DNA of 64,000 nt from Octopus sinensis (Eukaryota): assembly GCF_006345805.1 (NCBI RefSeq), contig NC_042998.1, forward strand, positions 67,084,001-67,148,000, in the 5' to 3' direction. A program made the position numbers and the translations under genes. How positions within the stretch are numbered: the first letter of the stretch is position 1; each line of letters begins with the position of its first letter. Below, piece by piece: positions 53,846-64,000 of this stretch. The notes beneath the pieces were generated by a model that had not been told where the DNA came from, ran no database searches, and worked only from the letters and a program-made list of their open reading frames with translations.

Positions 53846-54750
53846 TACATGTATGCATGTTTACGTATACACGCCAAAGTAGGTATGCAATTACAGAAAA
53901 GTGAGTAGTTAACAGAAGTATATTCATGAAAAAATACCATTTAAGACTTCAAACTGGCTTCATAGAGGATAGCGTGCTGGATTGTGTGTGTATGCGTATA
54001 AATGCGTGCTTGTGTGTATATATATATATGTAAACTTATATATATTTATACATACTTGAGTATGTATACGGGCATATATACAAAAATTATAAGTTTACAC
54101 AAAAACTACAAATACACAAACACGCACGTATTAGCCTGCAGATATATTTTAAATGTAAAAATTGCAACCCATTATATACACTGTAAAGTAAAATCCAAAT
54201 TTTAAAACGTTAAAATATATTGAAAATTGTATTTAACATAAGGTGCAAGCATGACAACCGTGATAATGCATTGCACGATTGCGTTAAGTAAAATATTAAA
54301 TATCGTGCGTGGATTCGAGTATGGGATTTTGTTTATGTGTGTATGTGTGTGCGTGTTCGCATGCACACGTTGGCGTGTGTGTATGGGTATGATATGTATT
54401 GGTTGTGTGTGCTAATGTATGAAATTAATGTACACATGTTTTAAGCAAACTTGCACATACATGGAAATAAGTAGCGCAAGGTATTTTTCAAGTATTTTTC
54501 AGAGGACATAGGAATACTTCACTGTAAGTCACAAGACAATATTGGGATCAAATCTCCCTGACTGCATCTCATTTAGTCTGATATCAATCCCACTTGCCAT
54601 GAGAATATCACCGTATTGGATATAAGAAAAGAAAGTATTTGCACTTATCTAAAGATAAATATATTTCCGAAAAAACAAATATGAGTGTGTGTGTATGTGT
54701 GTGCGTGTGTCTGTGCATGTATGTGGGTGTATCTATCTATCTATCTGTCT

Positions 54751-54798
<48 letters not shown>

Positions 54799-56046
54799 CA
54801 TACATACACATCCTGTTATTTTGCTAATTGTTTCACTCATTTGACTGACTGCGACCAAAGATTGAGACATAGGGGTAAGTTTATATATGCATACGTACAC
54901 ACTTAAGTACAAACACCGGGCGCGCATACATATCAACATACATTTATATACGTACGAATTATATGTTGGTATAGATATGTATTTATGTATATATGTATAT
55001 GTGTGTGTGTGGATGGATGGATGGATGGATGGATCACTGCGAAACCCATGATAGTGGGGAATCACCTGAACTACAGACGATCTGCCTATAACAACGATAT
55101 AATTATGAGTGCTGTTATACACCTCCAATTCTCATGAGGGAAACTCAGAAGAGAAATTACGCTGTATTCTTTGTTTTATGATAACCTCCACGTTAATTTG
55201 GAGATCATGGTTACCTTTTCGTTCTTTGCGACACTAAATAGTCACTGAGATTTTGTATATCATTGACGGGAGATTTAGTTGACACCCTGTTGCTAGACAT
55301 CTTACTTTGCGGGAGCCAAAGCAGAGTGAAATCACGTGATATAGCAGATCCGGAAGCGGCTATGAAAGAGTGTTCTCTTCTATCAACGATAAGATTTCGA
55401 CGACGGCATTTATGCACTACAAGTCTTTCTCAGAGATCGTCTTAATAACACAGTATTCTCTGTTCTAACACAACATCTACGTTAAGCTGGAGACCAAGAT
55501 TACCTTTGTGTATATATATATATATATATATATCAGTTTTATTTGTACACCTTTCTGTACATATATGTGTGTATGCCTCCTTGTGTGTACGTGTGCGTAA
55601 CTGTATAATAGAGATACATTGTAACACATCATTTCTATTTTCTTTTTCTACCTACAGGCAATATTTTTAATGTACAATTTATCAGTCATTATATATAGAA
55701 AGGCGAAGTCCAAATATACATCAAAATATCGAAATTTATTGACAATTATGTTGAATGAAAGTATAACAATAACATTGGTGATAATGCATTTCTGTTTTCG
55801 GCTGACAGAAAAAAACTAACGATTATTATTTTGTCGAATTCGCTTACTTTCACATACATGAGTGTATATATATATATATATAATATATATATATATATAT
55901 AATATATATCATATATATATATATATCTATATGTTTATATAAAGCAATAAAGATTCAAGTTAATTTAAATGAATTTACTTGAATATGGTACCTAACGATG
56001 CACCCAAAAACTATACTGTTTTAACAATACAGTAATGTGGGGTGAT

Positions 56047-56877
56047 TATAAGCGAGAAAGAAGCAACAAGAATGGATAGGTTTTTAGTACAATCGTTTCA
56101 TACAAGGACAGGCTTTATTAAAAGTTGCAAAAATTACAGCATATAAACGTGTCCCCCCCTTTTTGCTCCCTCCTCCTTTATTTTCTTTCTCTCTTCTTCT
56201 CTTCCCTTCCCTTTCTGTTCTTTGCATCTCTAGAAAGCCCTTCAGCCTTAAAAGTTAAATAGCTACAGCCTCTTGTAATAGCAGTAATGTGATTAATGTG
56301 GCAAATACCTAATCATATAACAGAATTTGGATCCTACCCCTCATTGTGTTCAACCATTGATAAATTATCGCCTGTGAATATGAAATTCCTCTTCATTCTC
56401 TGGAAATTTACATCTACACCATTGGAAATTGTGCATCTATACAAAGATTAATTCACCCTCTCTGTAATGCTAATAAGCAGGAATTGAGACCCACCTCGTT
56501 GTGATTAACAATGGATAATTTGTCGTCTGTGAGCATGTAATCCCTCCTCATATCTCTGGAAATTCATATTGCACTATGGATTAGGTCACCTTCTCTGTGA
56601 TGCTATTAAAACTTTTTTAAAATTCTGTAATAAGACTGTACATCATCTTTAAAGAACTTTAATGAACTTTGGAAATCTGTTTATGTTACTATTATCTACA
56701 TTACTTCATGAGTATAGCCTCAACCACTAGGATTGTCTAGAGACTCCACATGTATTTTAGCTGATGAGTACGGGACACGTTATATGCTGTAATTTTGCAA
56801 CTTTTAATAAAGCCTGTCCTTGTATAAACGATTGTACTAAAAACCTATCCATTCTTGTTGCTGCTTTCTCGCTTATA
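56047..56877. mobile_element. Element bounded by ~105-bp inverted repeats (56047-56154 / 56772-56877), Penelope inverted-pLTR-like or foldback
   Basis: The arms are near-exact reverse complements and contain AATAAA. The interior has a diverged ~130-160-bp tandem duplication. Confidence 0.8.
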
Positions 56878-57834
56878 TATGTATATATATATATATTATA
56901 AATACATATATATATATAATAAATACATATATATATACACACATACATACACATATAAATAGAAATGCGTTTTGGAAAGAGTGATAAATGCATAGGAATA
57001 TAGTTATATATACATATAGATATATGCGCGTGTGTATACGTGTGTACCTGCATGTGCGTGTGCGTGCGTGTGTGTATGCGTGTGCGTGTGTGTGCGCATG
57101 TGCCTGTGTGTGTGTATGTAAGTGTAAGCGTATACTAATATAGTTGCAGCTCTGTTATACGCACACACGCACACACGTATATATACATGTTTTGATGGAG
57201 AAGATGCAAAGATTTAAAAGTTAACGATGAATTTTATCGTTTCTGGAAATTTATTACTCATATTGTATTTCGCCTTTAGCGGACTTGCAGTAATTCGGGT
57301 ACATAAAATATTAATATACATATATGTGTGTGTGTGTGTGTTGTGTGTGTGTGTGTGTGTGTGTACATACACATACGGTAGGCAACTTTATGTTTTCTTT
57401 GTTGTGAATAATGTAAACTTTTGTATAACTATAATGGGGTTAATTGATTACTTGTATTGAGAAACTGCTGAAGCTATTTAGCCTTCAGGTAAAGTATGAA
57501 AATTTTGGATTTAACCTGGTAATTTCAAAATAGGAATAAATTAACAGAATATCTAACATATATAATGAAATAAATGGGGTGATGTACGTTAGTATAGCTG
57601 TGTCGATAATAGGTAAAATACATGAAACTTCAAGGTCGAACATTAGTCAATGCAATAAACTGAAATACCTGATTGCTACTATATTTTATCGGCTTTGAAT
57701 GATGAAAGGTGGAGAGGAGAATGATGAGTGAAACAAATGAGTGTAGTGAACGAAAGAAAAAATTTAGAACATCAACTAAAAGTTGAAGATAACGAATAAT
57801 AATATTATCTTCTATTTTTGACACAAGTTACCTC

Positions 57835-58140
57835 ATTTTGAAGGTGGGTTTAAGTCGATTACCTTAACCTCAATACCTGGCTGGTTTATCGAATTTAGAG
57901 GGATGAAATAAAATTGATCTTGGTGAAATTTTAACTCAGAACATCAAAAGGCAGAGTATTGTTTTCCCGACGATTCTACCGGTAATAATTACAAATTTTG
58001 GCACAAATACAGCAGTTTTAGGCCTGGGGCTAGCTGATTACATCGATTCCAGTGATCAACTGATATTTACTTCATCGACACCTAAAGGATGGAAAGTAAA
58101 GTCGACCTTGGCGCAGTTTCATCTCAGAACGTAAATGCGA
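57835..58140 (-). mobile_element. Two adjacent SINE family B copies (57835-57970, 57988-58140)
   Basis: Reverse complements of the GTTCTGAGTT.AAAT / GGTCGAC / GTGCCAAAATTTG motifs. Confidence 0.65.
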
Positions 58141-58924
58141 ACTCTTTTACAATAATAATTACTCTCTCAAATTTTGGTACAAATCCGGGATCTAGTCTTT
58201 TTCATTTGCAAGATGAGCCACCCTCAATTTTGCTCAGATTGCTTTCAATTTTGGTGTATCGATGCAACACTGAAATTTGATTACGATCACCCAATTACTT
58301 TATCTCATAAATTAATGAATCTCATGTTATTTGGAATTAAATTTGGGAAATTTTAGCCAATCAGAATACAGCGTGGCATCAGCAGCTTCTTACCATGACA
58401 ACTGCACGATGTGTTGTGGTTCACTGTTGTCTGTGCCGTTGTTGTCTATGTTGATTTTTCACATTTGATTCTTCACACCACGAGATTCTTTTCACATGCG
58501 TGTTTTGTTTTAATTTTTCTGTATCTTAGTATGATATATATTTTTCTGAGCTTCCGTATGTTAGTAGTTTACATATTTTTAATCTTACATATTTTTGTGA
58601 CACATTGACTCAGATAGCTGGATTTATGATTTCACTCGGTTAATTTTATTCATAAAAATTTTAATTGAGGGTATTTTTTAAACCGTTACCTTCACATTTC
58701 AACAGTTTAACTGAAATTTAGCCCACTTAATGGGAACTGAGAGGGATATCGTGGAAAAAAATCACAGGAACATAACCTGCTTCTCGTATGTTCTGGCGGA
58801 TCCGAACTAGGATGCTCATGATTTTATTCATTGGGTACATATATCCAAAATGAGGGAGTGAGACAGGTGCCCACAATTGGTATTTTTACTCAGTTATATA
58901 TAAACGTCACCCAATACATTCTGT

Positions 58925-59095
58925 GAAGTGTTTGGCGTTAGGAAGAGCATCCACCCGCAAAAGCCAGGTCATAATCGATGACTGGAGTCTTCTGCAGTTC
59001 CCCGATTTACCAGCTCCTTTCAAATCGTGTACCCAACACCAGCATGGAAAACGGACGATAAATGAAGATGATAAATAGGATGATGATATGTTTGA
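58925..59095 (+). mobile_element. SINE/LINE 3' tail of RTE type
   Basis: GGCGTTAGGAAGAGCATCCACCCG ... CCAGCATGGAAAACGGACGATAAATGA(TGA)n, a typical RTE-like 3' end with (GAT)n tail. Confidence 0.65.
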
Positions 59096-59105
59096 TGATG
59101 ATATA

Positions 59106-59182
59106 TGGCGTAGTGGTTAAGAGCGCGAGTTACTAATCCCAAGATTCCGAGTTCGATTACAGGCAGTGACCTGAATAATAAT

Positions 59183-59222
<40 letters not shown>

Positions 59223-59297
59223 GCAACAACAACAACAATAATAATAATAATGATAATAATAATAGTAACAACAACAACAACAACAGCAATAATAATA

Positions 59298-59345
<48 letters not shown>

Positions 59346-59522
59346 TAGTAATGATAATAATAACATCGGAAAATACCTTCGGAATGAGAATCCAGGTTCG
59401 AATTTTCCACAAGACACCTGATGAAAGCTGGCGAGTATATCAGCCGAAACGTGTAAACTACAAACAAGATGAGGACAAATATCCGTCAAATGTAAATAAT
59501 ATAAATAATGTACATAATTCTT
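59106..59522 (+). mobile_element. Composite SINE: tRNA-like head, (AAT/AAC)n, and tail with hammerhead remnant (59414-59454)
   Basis: GGCGTAGTGGTTAAG (A box), GAGTTCGATTAC (B box), microsatellite, then ACAC-CTGATGA-AA-GCTGG..TCAGC-C-GAAAC-GTGT. Confidence 0.7.
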
Positions 59523-59560
59523 ATATATAGAACTGTATACACACATACACACACACACAC

Positions 59561-59608
<48 letters not shown>

Positions 59609-59887
59609 ATTTCACATACACACACACACAGACATATATGTTATTATACATACTCATATAGCTATTATACATAAACGCATATATATTATACACACACGTA
59701 TATACTCATATCCATATATGTAAATCACACATATATACATTCATACCTATACACACGTATATATATTATGCATATATATAGATAAATATATACACTATAC
59801 TGTGCAACAAAGGAAGCACTAACTCTACTGGATCAACGCACCACTATATCCCCATCCATGTATACACACACACAAACACATACACAT

Positions 59888-60048
59888 AACGTTTCCAAAT
59901 TTTAGCACACACCGTGTAACCTCGGGGAAGCGGGGTAGGTCGAAAACAACGATCCAGTGTTCAATTGGTACTTATTTTATCGACTCGGATGAAATGACGC
60001 TTAGCATTTGGCTCGGTGTGCTAACCATTCTGCCAGTTCACCTCCTTC
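59888..60048 (-). mobile_element. SINE family B, internally deleted
   Basis: Minus strand GGTGAACTGGCAGAATGGTTAGCACACCG...GTCGATAAAATAAGTACCAATTGAACACTGG. Confidence 0.75.
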
Positions 60049-60109
60049 GACAATGTTGTGAACAGAAAAAGAAAATTGATATTATAGTAGTGAACAGAAA
60101 AGAAAAAAA

Positions 60110-60508
60110 AGTCATGCCTGATAATTGACATGGCATGTCCTAGTGACAACAGGATCGAAGAGAAAGAAGGAAAAAGTGAACAACTATGATGAGTTGAACA
60201 ACTATGATGAATCGAAGTGGGAAATACGCAGGTTTTGGGTAATGAAAAGAGTGGACGTGATGCCAATAGTGATTGGCTCCCTTGGAAGCATCAGCGCTTA
60301 ACTACCAACGTGGTTCAAAAAGATTGCTACAAATGTAAATATGAAACACTACGAACATCGTCATTGTTTGGAGGTGGAAGAGTTCTTTGTAGGTTTTTTG
60401 AGGCATGATCAGTAAAGACGTGTCACCTTAGTTTGCTGGCTGTAGACAGCTAATACTTTCCATCATAACCAACAAAATAAGCTGAGAGTTTCATCAAATA
60501 ATAATAAT
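60110..60508 (+). mobile_element. R4/Dong-clade 3' end (RLE C-terminus, 3' UTR, (TAA)n tail)
   Basis: CLIIDMACPSDNRIEEKE, KWEIRRFW..VDVMPIVIGSLG, SLFGGGRVLCRFFEA*; ends AATAATAATAAT at 60497-60508. Confidence 0.8.
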
Positions 60509-60524
60509 ATTCAAAATCTTTTCT

Positions 60525-60655
60525 ACACCAGGCTCACGGCCTGAAATTTTGGTGGATTAGATCGACATCAGTACGCAACTGGTACTAAATTTATCGATCT
60601 CAAAATGGATGAAAGGCAAATTCGACCTCGGCGGAATTTCAACACAGAACTATGA
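60525..60655 (-). mobile_element. SINE family B fragment
   Basis: Reverse complement of GTTCTGTGTTGAAATTCCGCCGAGGTCGAATTTGCCTTTCATCC...GTACCAGTTG. Confidence 0.7.
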
Positions 60656-60749
60656 CGAAGACAGCTGTGACGATCGCAACGACGATGTCGACGACAGCTA
60701 CAATGATGGCGCCGATGATGACAATAATGGTACAAATGCTACTGCTGCT

Positions 60750-60780
<31 letters not shown>

Positions 60781-60890
60781 ATGGTGTTGGTGGTGGTGGT
60801 GGTGGTGGTGGTGGTGTTAGTTGTGGTTGTGGTGGTGGTTGTGGTGGTGGTGGTGGTGGTGGTGGTAGTGATGACAACAATAATAACATC
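60655..60890. repeat. Compound (GAC)/(GCT)/(GAT)/(GGT) trinucleotide tract
   Basis: Visible tract; produces the poly-D/G/V/T/P ORFs. Confidence 0.9.
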
Positions 60891-62087
60891 CATATATGTT
60901 TAATACTTCAACTTTAAATGCCATTTCTTTTCATCTGAAAGATAAATAGAGATATAAAATATTTCCTATTGATATTGAGATTGTAAATGAAACTAAATAA
61001 AATTAGTAGTGATATATGATTTGTGAATTCTATTCGGATTTATTCTTCACATATTGCCACAGAAAAGCAGAGAGGCTCTGGTATTAAAAACAGGAATAGC
61101 TTCAACACGAAGTGTGTGACACTCTACTAAATATATTCTTTGAAGTCATCTATGGCTGTTTTTAAGGATTGTTGGTTATATGGGGTTTTGGCTAAGTTTA
61201 TCAATAGGCGATAACCCTTGGAAGTTAATGTCACCCTGTTTTATTCATTTCAGTTTTAGTCATGTTGATATGAAGTAGAAAAGATTTATACGAAACAGAA
61301 TATCGAAATCACTAGAACAGCAAGAGAGTAAAAAAGAATGAGAAAGGAAAAGAGAGGGAACGAGAGAGAGGGGGAGTGAGAGAGGGAGAGACCGTGAGAG
61401 AAAGTGATAGAGCTGTTAGAAGAAAAAATAGATGAATAACGTTAGGTATATGAGAGTAAAAGAAAAGGGAGGGTATTCCAAGCAATTGTCGCTTTGGTTT
61501 GCCAGCGTATCATTTTCTGAACAAAAATTGATGTTTGATCTCATATCAATAACCTGCGGCATATCACAGCCATTAAGATAGCAAATACACACACACACAC
61601 ACACACAGGCACACGCATGTATATATACATATATATATATATATATGTAAAGTGTTTCATATACAAAATACATATGCACACAAGTTTACACACACAGGCA
61701 CAGACATATCGATGTTTGTATAACTTTGTTTTCTAATGATGTATTGGACTTTACCTATCTTATGAAAGTCGGTAATAAACCAAGAGTATTGGAATACACA
61801 CACACACATACATACATACATATATTCCTTGAGATATTAGAACACATTTGAAAGTATCGGAGTGGTCACCTTATTTTGTGGAAATATCAAGTACCTCAAA
61901 GTATGCAGGTATTGTAGAAGAACCATTTATCCACCAAAACTGTTGGTGAAAGTATTTCGTTACCATCTCGTTTTTGTTGCTACGGAATATGTATTGAAAC
62001 ACGGTAAGTCGATGGGCCCTTCCTATTTTAAATCAGAAACGTAGCGGTTTTTGCTGGATGTTGGCAGTTATTTCTCCGAAAATAATG

Positions 62088-62215
62088 GTTTCAAATTTTG
62101 GCACAAGGTCAGCAATTTGGGCATGGTATGAGTCGATTACATCGACCTCAATACGTGCCAGCTACTTTTTTCATCGATCCCGAAAGAATGAAAGGTATTG
62201 GCGGAAGGATCTTCT
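62088..62215 (-). mobile_element. SINE family B 3' part
   Basis: GGTTTCAAATTTTGGCACAAGG...GTCGATTACATCGAC...CATCGATCCCGAAAG. Confidence 0.7.
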
Positions 62216-62308
62216 ATCTTTATCAGAAATGGTATGAGTATACACTCACATACACACCACACACACCAACACACACACACCACACACACAACACACACAC
62301 AACACACC

Positions 62309-62362
<54 letters not shown>

Positions 62363-63618
62363 TATGCAAATCTATATACTCGCAAATATAGACAGAAATT
62401 CACATACATTCGCAAAACTATATATGCATATCCATCCATACTTCCATAAATGCATCCATGAACGTAAACTAAAATGTTCCAAACTACCGTACTCTGTATA
62501 TATATATATATACATATATACACACCACATGCGGACTGTATGGCGCGTAGTGTTAGACAATTTTGGCAATCTTAATAGATTGTATCTTACTTATCTACTC
62601 CAAGGTATGGAACCAACTTCCTATTCACAGATTAAATCTCAAGTATGTGAATGCACTATAGTATGCTATAGTTTAGAATATTTTCTATACCATTACCAAC
62701 GTCTCTAGAATCTTATGTTTCTTTTCAAAATAGCAAAGATAACTCGGGTCAATATATAGATTTTGTTTTATTGAAAGACTTAGGAGGCATAAAACATCAT
62801 TTGTTCAAATTCTAAAGACACATAGAATATCTACAGAAGTTAACGAACATCAGAAGATGTCTGAGGATGTCTAAAATGTTAGGATGTCCATCAAATGCTT
62901 ATACAATTAGCATATAAAACATAGTGGGACAGAATACAAAATATATCCCCCCAAAACCGATAATAGGTATTTCGTAAGATGTGTCTATCATGTATATATT
63001 ATAACTAAATAACAAATACCGTTATTTATAACAAAAAGGAAATATTTTCTCTCTCTTTCTTTCTCCCTCTTTCTTTCTCTCTCTCTCTCTTTAATTTCTC
63101 TCTCTCTCTCTCTCTTTATCTCTCTCTATATTTCTTTCTCATTTTCTCCCTCCCTTTCTCCCTTAAATACATTTTAGTCGGCCAAAAATTTCTTCAAGGC
63201 GGTGTCCCATCATGACTAGAGTCTAATGACTGAAACCATTGAAATTTACTGATATATATGTAAGCATATGCAAATCTATATACTCGCAAAAATAGGCAGA
63301 AATTCACATACATTCCCACAACTATATATGCATACACATCTATAGTTGCATACATGCAGCCATAAATATAAACTTAAATTTTGATGACGGATAAGTATGT
63401 TCATGTCCCTCTTCAATTTTTGAGAGCTCCATTGTCGTCCTTTTGCTCAATATTTACTCTAATATATCTGTGTGTGTGTGTGTGTGAGTATGTGTATGCG
63501 TGTGTGTGTGTGTGTAAGTACTGGAGTAAACACATAAGTGTGAAACAAGGTGGAAAAAGAGTACTCAAATACCAGAGGCAGAGTAATATGTTTTATAAGA
63601 AGCAGCAGAAATATCACA

Positions 63619-63664
63619 AAAACTGTTACTCAGAGTTTCACGTTCCCGCTCATCGGACAGTTTT
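63619..63664 (-). ncRNA. Type I hammerhead motif (U4C variant)
   Basis: Minus strand AAAACTGT-CCGATGA-GCG-ggaa-CGT-GAAA-CTCTGAGT-A-ACAGTTTT. 8-bp stem I, GNRA-capped stem II, palindromic stem III, GUA triplet. Confidence 0.65.
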
Positions 63665-63676
63665 TTAGAATCTAAC

Positions 63677-63723
63677 AAAACTGTCTGACGGTCGGGGACG
63701 TGAAATTCTGAGAGTAACAGTTT
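63677..63723 (+). ncRNA. Degenerate type I hammerhead motif, inverted partner of 63619-63664
   Basis: AAAACTGT-CTGACGG-TCG-ggga-CGT-GAAA-TTCTGAGAGT-A-ACAGTTT; A9G and stem II/III changes. Confidence 0.45.
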
Positions 63724-63754
63724 CTGTGATGTTTGTGCTGCTTTTAATAAAGTG

Positions 63755-63790
<36 letters not shown>

Positions 63791-63919
63791 GTGTGTGTGT
63801 GTGTGTGTGTGTGTGTAAGTACTGGAGTAAACACATAAGTGTGAAACAAGGTGGAAAAAGAGTACTCAAATACCAGAGGCAGAGTAATATGTTTTATAAG
63901 AAGCAGCAGAAATATCACA

Positions 63920-63965
63920 AAAACTGTTACTCAGAGTTTCACGTTCCCGCTCATCGGACAGTTTT
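63920..63965 (-). ncRNA. Type I hammerhead motif (U4C variant), second tandem copy
   Basis: Identical to 63619-63664, shifted by 301 bp. Confidence 0.65.
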
Positions 63966-64000
63966 GTTAGAATCTAACAAAACTGTCTGACGGTCGGGGA

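Larger units (their letters stand above)
63516..64000. repeat. 301-bp-period tandem duplication (63516-63755, 63817-end of window) separated by (TA)/(TG) microsatellite
   Basis: The units are nearly identical; one visible difference is GTTTTTTAG versus GTTTTGTTAG. Confidence 0.95.

Noticed and set aside
56755-56790. CTGATGAGTACGGGACACGTTA as an HHR
   Set aside because: GAAA is missing and stem I does not form; noted only as a half-core.
59106-59172. tRNA gene
   Set aside because: No acceptor stem, and it continues into a microsatellite and repeat tail; it is a SINE head.
63516-64000. CRISPR-like or LTR structure
   Set aside because: Whole-unit tandem duplication with no unique spacers, no PBS/PPT and no TG...CA ends; eukaryotic context.

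Overview
AT-rich, microsatellite-dense animal genomic DNA. The SINE, mariner and MITE families look like those of octopus (coleoid cephalopod); this is inferred by recognition, not by a search. No host protein-coding gene is confidently supported, so the window reads as intergenic or deep-intronic. It holds many mobile-element relics: two HERO-like RLE non-LTR retrotransposons, four R4/Dong-like fragments, one young Tx1/L1 3' fragment, two Penelope-like (GIY-YIG) relics, three mariner derivatives, MITE/foldback palindromes and more than 15 tRNA-derived SINE pieces. The main unexplained signal is about a dozen hammerhead-ribozyme (HHR)-like motifs on both strands, all found by eye. These include: (i) a motif at 51934-51995 (-) with every core element and in-register stems, but with the three strands in a non-canonical, pseudoknotted order; (ii) a 301-bp tandem unit with back-to-back HHRs on opposite strands (retrozyme-like); (iii) a palindromic element whose HHR cores carry a G3-C8 swap; (iv) a tRNA-headed SINE whose tail carries an HHR remnant. 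None of these has been folded computationally or tested. Boundaries of degraded elements are approximate.
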